From IMG/VR virus record IMGVR_UViG_2891785506_000002, positions 2,420 through 66,419 of that record: 64,000 bases of DNA; one strand, written 5' to 3'. This document shows positions 8,222-17,013 of the stretch, in pieces. This stretch comes from a virus (lineage: Duplodnaviria; Caudoviricetes). The notes beneath the pieces are model-generated. The model was not told the origin of the DNA and searched no databases. It saw only the letters and a program-made list of their open reading frames with translations. Numbering within the stretch: position 1 is the first letter of the stretch; each line of letters starts with the position of its first letter. Both the position numbers and the translations under genes were made by a program.

Positions 8222-8342
8222 GATTTATAAAATTTAAATGTGACAACACAAAATTAATAATAATTACAGCACGTCCCACTTGTGGTATTTTAAATGTGAC
8301 AAATTTCTAATTACCGGGGCGTGCTTACTAACAAATTATACG

Positions 8343-8831
8343 ATGAAGAAAATTAAAAAATCATACATACGATTGGAATATATTAACTGCACGAATGACG
8401 CTGATATTATTGAAGCGCATGGGAATAGAATGGTACATATTTATTCCCGTGAACATGGACTATACTGTATCGGACTAAGCGGGTACACGAAAGACAAGAC
8501 GAAGGCTTACACTTTCACTCTACGACAGGCTTACGGGCTCACGAAGCTATGCGGTCCAGAAAAAGGGATAGAATTTCATTTTCTCGAAAAAGTACCCCAA
8601 GTAGACACGATAATTTGCCCTAATTGCGGGGAACCATGTCAAGCGGAAGTGAAAGAATCATTCCCCTTTAATGACTTCACTCACCAGTGCGAGCATTGCG
8701 GTTACTGGATCATGGAATCTGAATATGAAACTATTAAAAAAATAAACAACGATGGAATTACAAGACAGAGTAACCGTGGTATTAACCAAATACGGTGCAA
8801 ACGTGCTAAACAAGCAAAACAAGGAGTATAA
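8343..8831 (+). CDS. Hypothetical protein with a C-terminal zinc ribbon
   Basis: CPNCGE...CEHCG; likely start is ATG 8343. Confidence 0.55.
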   Translation: MKKIKKSYIRLEYINCTNDADIIEAHGNRMVHIYSREHGLYCIGLSGYTKDKTKAYTFTLRQAYGLTKLCGPEKGIEFHFLEKVPQVDTIICPNCGEPCQAEVKESFPFNDFTHQCEHCGYWIMESEYETIKKINNDGITRQSNRGINQIRCKRAKQAKQGV

Positions 8832-9642
8832 CGATAAATTTCCCAAGGCGGAATGCCGAAGAACGGATTATGCTGTTGGGGATTTTTTAAGTGATCATTT
8901 ATTCTGTATCATCGACACTTTCAAAGATCACTTCCACATAGAAACGAAGGCTTGTTTCATGAATATAATTCCCGAGATAAAAGGTATACAAGAGAGTAAA
9001 TGTCGTGTCCTCGAGGATCTAGAAAACTTGAAACTGAGAACGGATAAGTTAAATCTTGAAAGAGAATACCTTGAACGGCTAGGGGTCACGTTTAAAGGCG
9101 ATAAAATGATCATGGGACAGGTCAAAGTTACTGCCGACACCCCGAATTCGACACGAGGCAAACGTGGAGATATTCAGATAAAAACATGTACCGGGGTGTT
9201 CTTGAATGGTAAGCTTGTAAGTATTTTCGATAGAGAACCCACGCCGGTAAACATTCCGGCAGAAAAAGACGAGTTTGTTTCTCTAGCTGCTTACGAGATG
9301 CTAGAAAAAGAGAACGAAATATTGCGAGAGATAAACAATTCTATCGAGCATGCTTCTAAATCCTGTGACAATACCCGAGAGATATTCGACGAAATGCGAA
9401 AAGGATACGAGAAATTCATGGAGAATTTAAACGCCCGTTTAATGCAAGACCAAATGGAAGCCTACAAGTCTATTATATTCCGGGTTAAAAATAGAATCGA
9501 ATCCGAATCTGAAGTTATAGGAAAGTTGATCGGGGAAATTGAGAATGGTGAAATAAACGGGAAACAGTTTTCGGAAAATATGAAGGTTATCTTATCCCGT
9601 TTAATCGCCGAGAGCAAACAATTAAAAAATGAATTTCAATGA
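8752..9642 (+). CDS. Coiled-coil hypothetical protein
   Basis: 296-aa ORF, helical C-terminal half. Confidence 0.6.
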   Translation: MELQDRVTVVLTKYGANVLNKQNKEYNDKFPKAECRRTDYAVGDFLSDHLFCIIDTFKDHFHIETKACFMNIIPEIKGIQESKCRVLEDLENLKLRTDKLNLEREYLERLGVTFKGDKMIMGQVKVTADTPNSTRGKRGDIQIKTCTGVFLNGKLVSIFDREPTPVNIPAEKDEFVSLAAYEMLEKENEILREINNSIEHASKSCDNTREIFDEMRKGYEKFMENLNARLMQDQMEAYKSIIFRVKNRIESESEVIGKLIGEIENGEINGKQFSENMKVILSRLIAESKQLKNEFQ

Positions 9643-9857
9643 AAGAATCCACCGAAAGACGAATCTACCGGGAGAAGTGCAAACACTTTCTCCCCATGTC
9701 TGGAATGTGTTGCATGAAGAGCCACGGGGCAAACGGGTGGCATATATCTATCGGGTGTGATGGGAAATGTCCCCGGATGAATCGTTATGATAGAAAACAA
9801 GAGAAAAGTAAAATAGCGGGAAGCGTTATTTTAGAAAATGGCAAAAAAGTAAAATAA
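9639..9857 (+). CDS. Cys-rich hypothetical protein
   Basis: Operon-coupled ORF. Confidence 0.5.
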   Translation: MKESTERRIYREKCKHFLPMSGMCCMKSHGANGWHISIGCDGKCPRMNRYDRKQEKSKIAGSVILENGKKVK

Positions 9858-9863
9858 GAAGAC

Positions 9864-10025
9864 ATGAAAGTAAAGATAACAAGAGTCGTTCTCGTGATGG
9901 AGGACGGCAGTAAAACAACGATCAAGCCAAATAAAATCGTTGAAGACGTGGAAGCTTATAGAGCTTTACAAAAGGAGGCTAACAATGCCTCTAAGGTTTT
10001 GTTTGTGATAGAAGAAATCGAATAG
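9864..10025 (+). CDS. Hypothetical protein (53 aa)
   Basis: Manual translation MKVKITRVVLVMEDGSK... Confidence 0.45.
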   Translation: MKVKITRVVLVMEDGSKTTIKPNKIVEDVEAYRALQKEANNASKVLFVIEEIE

Positions 10026-10027
10026 CT

Positions 10028-10210
10028 ATGGCAAACACATATTTGAAAATAGAAGGCGAAACTTCGGCTTTAGAAGTTGGAGTTGATGAAGGATATTTAA
10101 AAATATCTATGAAGGACAACGATAATCAAACTATTACCTCTATACTTCTCGACTATAAAGAAATTGAAGACCTACTGGAATTTATCGAGAAGAAGAAAAA
10201 AGAATTGTGA
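10028..10210 (+). CDS. Hypothetical protein
   Basis: 60-aa ORF in operon register. Confidence 0.5.
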   Translation: MANTYLKIEGETSALEVGVDEGYLKISMKDNDNQTITSILLDYKEIEDLLEFIEKKKKEL

Positions 10211-10211
10211 T

Positions 10212-11234
10212 ATGCGTGACCAAGGATTTATAAAATTAAGCAGAAAGTTTTTTGAAAACGCCCTCTGGAAAGAACCCCGTCAGTATTCCCGTTCCGAAGC
10301 CTGGATAGATTTAATTCAAATGGCAGGATTTGAAGACTCGAAATATATACTGAACAACCGGGCGATAGAAGTCCAAAGAGGAGAGATAGTTGCTAGTCGT
10401 AGATTCTTGGAAAATAGGTGGTTATGGGGAAGTACAAAGGTTACTAACTTTTTAGATTTCTTAAAGAAAGAAGGCATGATAAACCAGCGACAAACCAACG
10501 GACAAACCATAATAACGCTTTGTAATTACGACACTTACAATACAAGGCAAACCAGTGATGATGTGGAAAACAAACCACCGACAAACCACCGACAAACCAG
10601 AGACAAACCACCGACAAACCAAAATAAAGAATATAAAGAAAGTAAAGAAGGAAAAGAAAGTAAAGAAAAAAGTAATTATTTATCTCCTAACGGAGATATT
10701 CCCCAGGGGGAACTTGAATTTCCTATCGATGAAAATTTTGAATCTCCCATAAAACATGAAGGAGAAAAAGAAAAAAGTTCCGCGAAAAAAGAAAAAGAAT
10801 CCGAAAGAGAGCTAGTGAGCAAAGTCGTGAATTACTATCACGAGAAATGTCCCGCCCTTGCCCCGGTGAAGACGATAACGGATAAACGCGTATCTACCGT
10901 AATGGCAAGAATTCGGCAGTATGGCAAAGAAAAAGTTGCCGAGATGATAGAGAAAGCCGGATTATCTAATTTTCTCTCGGGGGACAACCAAAGGGGATGG
11001 ATAGCAGATTTTGACTGGATTTTTAAACCGACAAATTTCGTGAAAGTGTATGAAGGAAAATATGACAACAGAAATCGAACTAGCAAGGAATTACCTGCAA
11101 GCGGTCGAGAAGGAGTCGTCGGAAACGGGAATAATCCCCGCCGGAATGATGCCGAAAACAAGAGAGCAGAGCGTGATGCTCTTGGCGAGATTGCCCGACA
11201 GGTACTTCACCGCACTATGCCCGAGGGATTTTGA
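10212..11234 (+). CDS. Phage replication initiator (lambda-O/DnaD-like)
   Basis: GFIKLSRK...AWIDLI...RGEIVAS.RFL..RW.W N-domain, ITLCNYD.Y, C-terminal GWIADFDWIFKP.NF.KVYEGKY; internal iterons. Likely start 10212. Confidence 0.8.
   Translation: MRDQGFIKLSRKFFENALWKEPRQYSRSEAWIDLIQMAGFEDSKYILNNRAIEVQRGEIVASRRFLENRWLWGSTKVTNFLDFLKKEGMINQRQTNGQTIITLCNYDTYNTRQTSDDVENKPPTNHRQTRDKPPTNQNKEYKESKEGKESKEKSNYLSPNGDIPQGELEFPIDENFESPIKHEGEKEKSSAKKEKESERELVSKVVNYYHEKCPALAPVKTITDKRVSTVMARIRQYGKEKVAEMIEKAGLSNFLSGDNQRGWIADFDWIFKPTNFVKVYEGKYDNRNRTSKELPASGREGVVGNGNNPRRNDAENKRAERDALGEIARQVLHRTMPEGF
10489..10675 (+). repeat. Iteron-like origin repeats inside the initiator gene
   Basis: GACAAACCA at 10489, 10501, 10580, 10591, 10602 and 10613 (AACAAACCA at 10569), mostly at 11-bp period, followed by A-rich TAAAGAAAG repeats. 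Confidence 0.65.
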
Positions 11235-11682
11235 CGATACATTGGCAAGCGTAACTCCAACTTTAGCGAGTTTCAAGAAATTTACCGACGAAGCCGCTTT
11301 AAAATCCATGTTCTATCTAATCGTGAAAGATGTACTTGATTTCTTCTCGGTTGGCAAGACAATTGGGGCGATGCAATTGCTAGGGACAATCCAACTAATT
11401 ATCGACGATTTTTATTACTTGAACATTGACGACTTTAAACTTTGCTTCAATAACGCCAAACGAGGCGTTTACGGCAAGATTTACGACAGGGTGGATGGGA
11501 ATATCATTTACGGGTGGATCTCTCAATACGCACAAGATAAACATTGTTATTGCGAGTCTATTGACGACCGCCTAAAAATGACAGACACGAGCGAACGAAT
11601 TTCCTCTAGAAGCAAAAATGAAGACCGGATGTATCGAATTTCAGAGATTCAACACAAGTATGGAAAAAATGTAACAAAGTAA
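11062..11682 (+). CDS. Replication accessory / helicase-loader-like protein
   Basis: Overlaps the 3' end of the initiator. FYYLNIDDFKLCF..AKRG.YGKIYDRVDG..I..W pattern is typical of Bacteroidota phage genes at this position. Confidence 0.5.
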   Translation: MTTEIELARNYLQAVEKESSETGIIPAGMMPKTREQSVMLLARLPDRYFTALCPRDFDDTLASVTPTLASFKKFTDEAALKSMFYLIVKDVLDFFSVGKTIGAMQLLGTIQLIIDDFYYLNIDDFKLCFNNAKRGVYGKIYDRVDGNIIYGWISQYAQDKHCYCESIDDRLKMTDTSERISSRSKNEDRMYRISEIQHKYGKNVTK

Positions 11683-11685
11683 TTT

Positions 11686-11913
11686 ATGCATTTAATCGAC
11701 AATTATGACTTTGCCAGCCCCAAAAACAAGGCTGACATGGACAAGAACACCCTTAAACAAAAGGGTATAACCTCTCCCAAACTCGGGAAATACAGGGTAA
11801 AGAAAGGGAATGCTATATTCTTCTTTAAAACCAGAGAAAGAATGGAGAATAGCGTTATACACACGGATAAGTTTAAAAACAGGGGAATGGATAAATGCTT
11901 CCCGGGAGAATAA
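11686..11913 (+). CDS. Hypothetical protein
   Basis: 75-aa basic ORF. Confidence 0.45.
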   Translation: MHLIDNYDFASPKNKADMDKNTLKQKGITSPKLGKYRVKKGNAIFFFKTRERMENSVIHTDKFKNRGMDKCFPGE

Positions 11914-11928
11914 TTTAAAACAAACAAC

Positions 11929-13983
11929 ATGATACACGCTTCTTTATGCACCGGGATCGGTGCCTGCGAACTCGCTGCCACTTGGATGGGGTGGGAGAAT
12001 GCCTTCTCTTGCGAAATAGACGAGTTCTGCAACAAAGTATTAAGTTATCATTACCCTAACACTACACATTATGGAAACATATTCGAGCAAGATTTTAGAG
12101 AATGGAGAGGAAAAATCGACGTCCTCACGGCAGGGTTTCCGTGTTTCGTGGCGGGAACACCAGTACTGACTAGAAAAGGATTCTTGCCTATTGAAGACGT
12201 TCAAGTTGGCGATGAAGTACTCACGACAGATAGAACATATCATCCAGTAGAATGTACTATGAAACATGATGCAGATGAAATAATTTATCTACGTGCCCAA
12301 GGAATGTTCAAAGAACTAAAATGTACACCAAATCATCCATTTTATGTTCGAACAAGAAAAGGAAGAAAATTCATGCTTCCTGAATATATACATGCTTCTG
12401 ATTTAAAAAAGGGAGATAAAATAGGATATCCAATACATGAAGGTGATGATACTTCCTTCACTCCAGCTTTTTGGGAATTAGTAGGCACGTGGATAGCCGA
12501 TGGGTGGTGTGATAACAATAAACGTTCTGGTAGAAAAAATAGTTATAATCACAAAACCATAATATGTTGTGGGAAACATAATATCACAAGACTTCATCAT
12601 GTTATTCAAAGATCAGGGTATAAATATACCTTAACAGAAGATAAGTCTATTTACAAGGCTATAATCTGTGATGAATGGCTTTGTGATTTCTTAAATGATT
12701 TCGGGAAATACGCTCACGGGAAACACCTATCTCCACAATGTTTTATTCTTGATAATGCGAGAAAGAAGTCATTGCTTAAAGGATGGTTTGCGGATGGTTA
12801 TGTTTGTCAAAATGGTAGTATAAAAATAACGACTGTAAGCGAGAAATTATCCTTAGATATGGCTCAAATAGCAAGAGATGTTTACCATTGTCCAGTAAGT
12901 ATAAGTAAAAAAACATCAAAACGTACTTGCATAATAGATGGAAGGGTTGTTAATGAACGTCCTCAATTTTGCATTACAATATCTCGTAGTGATAGATATG
13001 GTTTCTATGAGAATGGATTTGTTTGGTGTAATGTAAAGAGCATCAGAAAAGAAAAAGAAAGTAATGCCGTTTATAATTTAGCAGTAAATGAAGAACACTC
13101 ATACAATGTTTACGGAATCGCAGTCCATAACTGCCAGCCATTTAGCTACGCAGGAAAGCGAAATGGAGCGGAAGATGACCGCTACCTCTGGAACGAGGTG
13201 TTTCGTGTCATCGACGAGGTTAGACCCACTTGGTTTATTGGTGAAAACGTTACTGGAATCATCTCGATGGTACTCCCCGGCGAGGAGGTTAAAGTGGGAA
13301 GTTACACGGACGTTTGCGGAGAGAGTTACACGTTTTACGAGAAACGACAACGATACGTCATCGAACAAATCAGACTCGACCTCGAATCAATCGGATATAC
13401 TATCAAGCCAGTTGTTATACCGGCTTGTGCCGTCGGAGCGCCCCACAGGAGAGATCGGGTGTGGTTTTTGGCAAGAAAAAATGATACTCCCAACACCGAC
13501 AGCACAGGATTACAAGCGCAGGGGTCCGAACAGCAAGCAACAAGGATTGCCGGAAGCGGCTTACAAAGGGATGTTACCGACACCGACAGCAATAGATTCG
13601 GGATCAGGGAGAATAAACAAGGGAACATCACCGGGAGCCAAGGAAAGACCAACGATTGCACTTGCAGCGAAGATGGGATTACTACCAACCCCAACGGCAA
13701 GTTGTCGGAATACTGGGACAATAGCAAACCGTCAAGATGGATCATTGAGGACTTCTCAATTGAATCACAAAATTGCGAAAGATGTTGGGAAAAATTCCCA
13801 ACTCAATCCCCTGTATGTAAGCGAGATGATGGGATTTCCCTTGGATTATTTGGTATCTCCTTTTCAAAATGGCGACAAGAAAGCATAAAGGCTCTCGGGA
13901 ATTCCATGGTTCCGCAAGTAGTTTACGAGATATTTTTAGCAATAGAACAAGTAGAAGAAACATTAACGAAGAAAACAATATAA
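11929..13983 (+). CDS. C5-cytosine DNA methyltransferase (large subunit) with an intein
   Basis: Motif I (SLCTGIGA), IV (GFP|CQPFS), VI (GENV), VIII (PHRRDRVW), X (ALGNSMVPQV). Motif IX is absent in this frame. Confidence 0.92.
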   Translation: MIHASLCTGIGACELAATWMGWENAFSCEIDEFCNKVLSYHYPNTTHYGNIFEQDFREWRGKIDVLTAGFPCFVAGTPVLTRKGFLPIEDVQVGDEVLTTDRTYHPVECTMKHDADEIIYLRAQGMFKELKCTPNHPFYVRTRKGRKFMLPEYIHASDLKKGDKIGYPIHEGDDTSFTPAFWELVGTWIADGWCDNNKRSGRKNSYNHKTIICCGKHNITRLHHVIQRSGYKYTLTEDKSIYKAIICDEWLCDFLNDFGKYAHGKHLSPQCFILDNARKKSLLKGWFADGYVCQNGSIKITTVSEKLSLDMAQIARDVYHCPVSISKKTSKRTCIIDGRVVNERPQFCITISRSDRYGFYENGFVWCNVKSIRKEKESNAVYNLAVNEEHSYNVYGIAVHNCQPFSYAGKRNGAEDDRYLWNEVFRVIDEVRPTWFIGENVTGIISMVLPGEEVKVGSYTDVCGESYTFYEKRQRYVIEQIRLDLESIGYTIKPVVIPACAVGAPHRRDRVWFLARKNDTPNTDSTGLQAQGSEQQATRIAGSGLQRDVTDTDSNRFGIRENKQGNITGSQGKTNDCTCSEDGITTNPNGKLSEYWDNSKPSRWIIEDFSIESQNCERCWEKFPTQSPVCKRDDGISLGLFGISFSKWRQESIKALGNSMVPQVVYEIFLAIEQVEETLTKKTI
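12142..13131 (+). mobile_element. Intein with LAGLIDADG homing endonuclease (330 aa)
   Basis: Starts CFVAGT; block B CTPNHPF; LAGLIDADG-like LVGTWIADG and LKGWFADG; ends AVHN followed by the +1 Cys (catalytic). Confidence 0.95.
13163..13888 (+). CDS. Out-of-frame internal ORF: putative methyltransferase small subunit (TRD-like repeats + motif IX)
   Basis: Track ORF 13088-13888; first ATGs outside the intein are 13163 and 13175. Three LPTPTA repeats and LNPLYVSEMMGFPLDY (motif IX-like). Confidence 0.7.
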   Translation: MERKMTATSGTRCFVSSTRLDPLGLLVKTLLESSRWYSPARRLKWEVTRTFAERVTRFTRNDNDTSSNKSDSTSNQSDILSSQLLYRLVPSERPTGEIGCGFWQEKMILPTPTAQDYKRRGPNSKQQGLPEAAYKGMLPTPTAIDSGSGRINKGTSPGAKERPTIALAAKMGLLPTPTASCRNTGTIANRQDGSLRTSQLNHKIAKDVGKNSQLNPLYVSEMMGFPLDYLVSPFQNGDKKA

Positions 13984-13987
13984 AGCA

Positions 13988-14794
13988 ATGGAAGGACACG
14001 TGAAGCGTAGTATAGATCTGATTTGTAGTCTTGAAACAGACAAAATATATAACTTGGGTTTCTCTGGGGGGAAGGATAGTGTTGTTCTTCTTGATATAGC
14101 GAAGAAATCCGGGGTAAAATTTGAGGCTGTTTACTCTAACACAACGATAGATCCTCCCGGAACAATCCCGTTTATCCGGGAGAATTACCCGGAAGTCAAG
14201 ATCGTGAACCCGAAAGAGTCGTTTTTACAGCTTGTGGCGAGAAAAGGTTTTCCATCCCGGCAACGAAGATTCTGTTGCGAGGTCTTGAAAGAGAGTTACG
14301 GCATAGGGAAAAGGAACTTGGAAGGGATGCGCAGGGATGAATCTAACAATAGGTCAGATTACGAACCGGAGCAATGTGATAGCAGGAAAAGCATGAAGGG
14401 TGCTTGTCACGTGTTGCCCCTTGTATTTTGGACGGGAAGGCAAATTTGGGAATACATTCACAAGCATAACCTTCCTTATATGAAGTATTACGATCCGCCT
14501 TACAACTTCACCCGTCATGGCTGTGTCGGATGTCCTCTCGCGACGAAACAACAAATGAGAATCGAGTTTAAAACGTTCCCCCGGTACGCGATAAACCTCA
14601 TGAAAGCTATAAAAAAGTTCATGGAAACGCACCCTGAAACATTTTGGGGGAAGAATTTTGATAATGAACAAGAGGCGTTTTATTACTACATCAACGACTT
14701 GTCTTTACAGGATTTCAAGTTCATGAAAACGGCATCCATGTTCAAGAATGATTTCAGGAGGATGGTAAACAATTATTTAGGAATTAATGAATAA
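13988..14794 (+). CDS. PAPS-reductase-family protein
   Basis: GFSGGKDS PP-loop, NTTIDPP, R.CC.VLKE, GMRRDES..R, R.GCVGCP. Confidence 0.88.
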   Translation: MEGHVKRSIDLICSLETDKIYNLGFSGGKDSVVLLDIAKKSGVKFEAVYSNTTIDPPGTIPFIRENYPEVKIVNPKESFLQLVARKGFPSRQRRFCCEVLKESYGIGKRNLEGMRRDESNNRSDYEPEQCDSRKSMKGACHVLPLVFWTGRQIWEYIHKHNLPYMKYYDPPYNFTRHGCVGCPLATKQQMRIEFKTFPRYAINLMKAIKKFMETHPETFWGKNFDNEQEAFYYYINDLSLQDFKFMKTASMFKNDFRRMVNNYLGINE

Positions 14795-14804
14795 AAGCTG
14801 AAAA

Positions 14805-15314
14805 ATGGATACCAAACTAACAATAGATGAAATAGAACTTGCTATCGTGAATAGCAGTATATTCAATAAGAGAGGAGATATATTTGTCCCCAATGTTTCT
14901 TGGGGGCTGCTTAACCACGAGGCCGATATGGTCGTAATGACCAAATCGGGATACTTAACGGAGATCGAGATAAAACGGTCTTGGGAGGATTTCAAGGCGG
15001 ATTTCAAGAAAGATCACGAGCACAAGGACGAGAGGGTGTATAAGTTCTATTACTGCGTTCCCTCCTCGATAAAAGACAAGGTTATAGAGCTATTTAAAAC
15101 TAAACACGAGTTTATCCCTGCTGTCTTGTCTTACACGGAAGAAGGAGTCGTGACTGACTTGAAGGTTGGCTTCCCTAACACGAACCGGGGAAGAAAGTTG
15201 TTCCTAGAGGAGCAATTAACTATCGCCCGCCTTGGGTGCATGAGGGTGTGGAATTTGAAACAGAAGTTAGTTGATATTATGCACGACAATGAATCACATA
15301 AAGCACAATCATGA
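14805..15314 (+). CDS. MmcB-like PD-(D/E)XK nuclease
   Basis: EADMVV......LTEIEIKRS.EDFKAD..K motif. Confidence 0.6.
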   Translation: MDTKLTIDEIELAIVNSSIFNKRGDIFVPNVSWGLLNHEADMVVMTKSGYLTEIEIKRSWEDFKADFKKDHEHKDERVYKFYYCVPSSIKDKVIELFKTKHEFIPAVLSYTEEGVVTDLKVGFPNTNRGRKLFLEEQLTIARLGCMRVWNLKQKLVDIMHDNESHKAQS

Positions 15315-15326
15315 AAAAGATAATGC

Positions 15327-15566
15327 ATGGAAATTAAAGATGTAATATTAAAAAGATACATCCCATCTGATGGGATGGCGTTAAAGATAACACGAGATTG
15401 TTTCGGGTGTAATGGAATTTGTAAAGATGTATCGTATTCTAGTAGACCTGTTATCGCGTACGAGGATGATCCATCGTTTTCCGTCGAAGAGGTTCCGGTA
15501 CAGGAATACGAGAAGTGGGTAAAAGAAAAAGGTTGTCGCGTGAGTGTTGAATCGTTGATTCAGTAG
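15327..15566 (+). CDS. Hypothetical protein
   Basis: 79-aa ORF. Confidence 0.5.
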   Translation: MEIKDVILKRYIPSDGMALKITRDCFGCNGICKDVSYSSRPVIAYEDDPSFSVEEVPVQEYEKWVKEKGCRVSVESLIQ

Positions 15567-15590
15567 ATACGAAAAAATAATGTGGTGAAA

Positions 15591-15826
15591 TTTGAAATTA
15601 CGGATAATAGTTGTATGTTTGCCTCACCTTACATAGTCATAGGCGAGTGACGCTCGCTGTTAGGTGAGCATTTTTTTATGCTTGCAAGATTGGTGCTGCC
15701 AAAATATACGGTTGCTACCCCCGTGTGGAACGTTAATGCGTCCACTGCCTATGACGGTGTAAGGTAACGGGAAAGGGCAACCGTTTTTATTGCCTATAAT
15801 GCCAAAATTACCTTATAGTCATGGCA
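15591..15826 (+). ncRNA. Promoter plus C4/CI-like antisense regulatory RNA region upstream of the antirepressors
   Basis: TTTG 15591-15594, 19 nt, TATGTTTG 15614-15621. seqA 15626-15644 and seqC 15808-15826 are both complementary to seqB 15747-15765, which lies inside a stem-closed structure 15710-15785. Confidence 0.65.
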
Positions 15827-16324
15827 ACACAAACTATCTCATCAAGTGCATCATGCACTAAAAATCTAGTATCCGTAAATGACGGAAAAGTCGTAACCAC
15901 ATCTTTACAAGTTGCAGAACATTTTCAACGTCCACACAAAGACGTGTTAAGTTCTATAAGAAAACTTGATTGTAGTCCTATTTTTCAAGAGCGAAATTTT
16001 TCGCTTTCGTTCTATCACAGGCAATTACTAAATGGAGGTTATAAAAAAGAACCGATGTACTACTTAACCCGTGACGGCTTCACTTTCCTTGCGATGGGAT
16101 TCACCGGTAAGAATTTTGAGGTAGTTGACATTGTTTTTTCCGGTTTTATTCGTATGTTTGTCACGTCAGAACAAACATACAATCGTTGCAAGAGTGCATC
16201 GACAAAGGATAATAGAAAGCATAAGCAGTTCTATTTAGATTCGTTACATATATCCTTGATGTATGTTTGCTCTGACAGGTTAGAATCTAATAGAGCTGCT
16301 ATTTTGTTTAATTCATCTAATTAG
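15821..16324 (+). pseudogene. Rha-family antirepressor, apparently truncated after GFTGK
   Basis: Rha motifs TTSL.VAE.F.R.HK.VL and YYLTRDGF.FLAMGFTGK. The expected KAA.FK..YI.AF continuation is replaced by unrelated sequence from about 16110. Confidence 0.6.
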
Positions 16325-16334
16325 TCAGAGCAGG

Positions 16335-17000
16335 ATGAAAACAATTAATTCAATTTCATGCCCAACAAACGGGCTTGTAATGGTCAATCGTGACCAAGTA
16401 GTAACTACTTCCCTAAAAGTAGCCGAGTATTTCGGGAAAGATCACAAACTCGTTTTAAGAGCAATCCGAAACTTAGAGTGTTCTGCTGAATTTACAGGGC
16501 GCAATTTTGCACCATGTTTCTATTTCAGTGAGTTACGTAATAACGTGAAAAGAAAGCTCCCGATGTATTACATGACAAGAGACGGTTTCACGCTATTAGT
16601 TATGGGGTTCACCGGCAAGATTGCCGCTCGATTCAAGGAAGCCTACATTAACGCATTTAATGAAATGGAGGAACGTTTGCGAGGCGTAACGGTTAAAGAG
16701 GAAGATATTGCCACGTACCTCCGGTCGCTGTGCGAGGACATGGACACGAGGATGAAAGGACACGAGAAACAACTCGCTAAGCGATACGGCAGCACACCGA
16801 ACCCCGGGATGCTATCACCTGCATTGTTCTGCACGGGGTCGTTGAAAAGCCAGCTGGATTACATATTCAAGGCTCTGAACAACGATATTCTTGCCGGGCA
16901 ATTCGCCTGGGCGAAGCTTGAAAAGGTAGAGAGGGAGAACAAGGAAATGAAACGAGAGCTTGCTAAGGTGGCGAGCAAATTATTGAATTATTATTACTAA
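16335..17000 (+). CDS. rha: Rha-family phage regulatory protein/antirepressor
   Basis: Complete Rha domain ...MTRDGFTLLVMGFTGKIAARFKEAYINAFNEME. Confidence 0.9.
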   Translation: MKTINSISCPTNGLVMVNRDQVVTTSLKVAEYFGKDHKLVLRAIRNLECSAEFTGRNFAPCFYFSELRNNVKRKLPMYYMTRDGFTLLVMGFTGKIAARFKEAYINAFNEMEERLRGVTVKEEDIATYLRSLCEDMDTRMKGHEKQLAKRYGSTPNPGMLSPALFCTGSLKSQLDYIFKALNNDILAGQFAWAKLEKVERENKEMKRELAKVASKLLNYYY

Positions 17001-17013
17001 CGATAAATTAATC

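Noticed and set aside
13088-13162. Track start (13088) of the nested methyltransferase ORF
   Set aside because: It lies inside the intein DNA, so it is unlikely to be the ancestral start; ATG 13163 or 13175 preferred.
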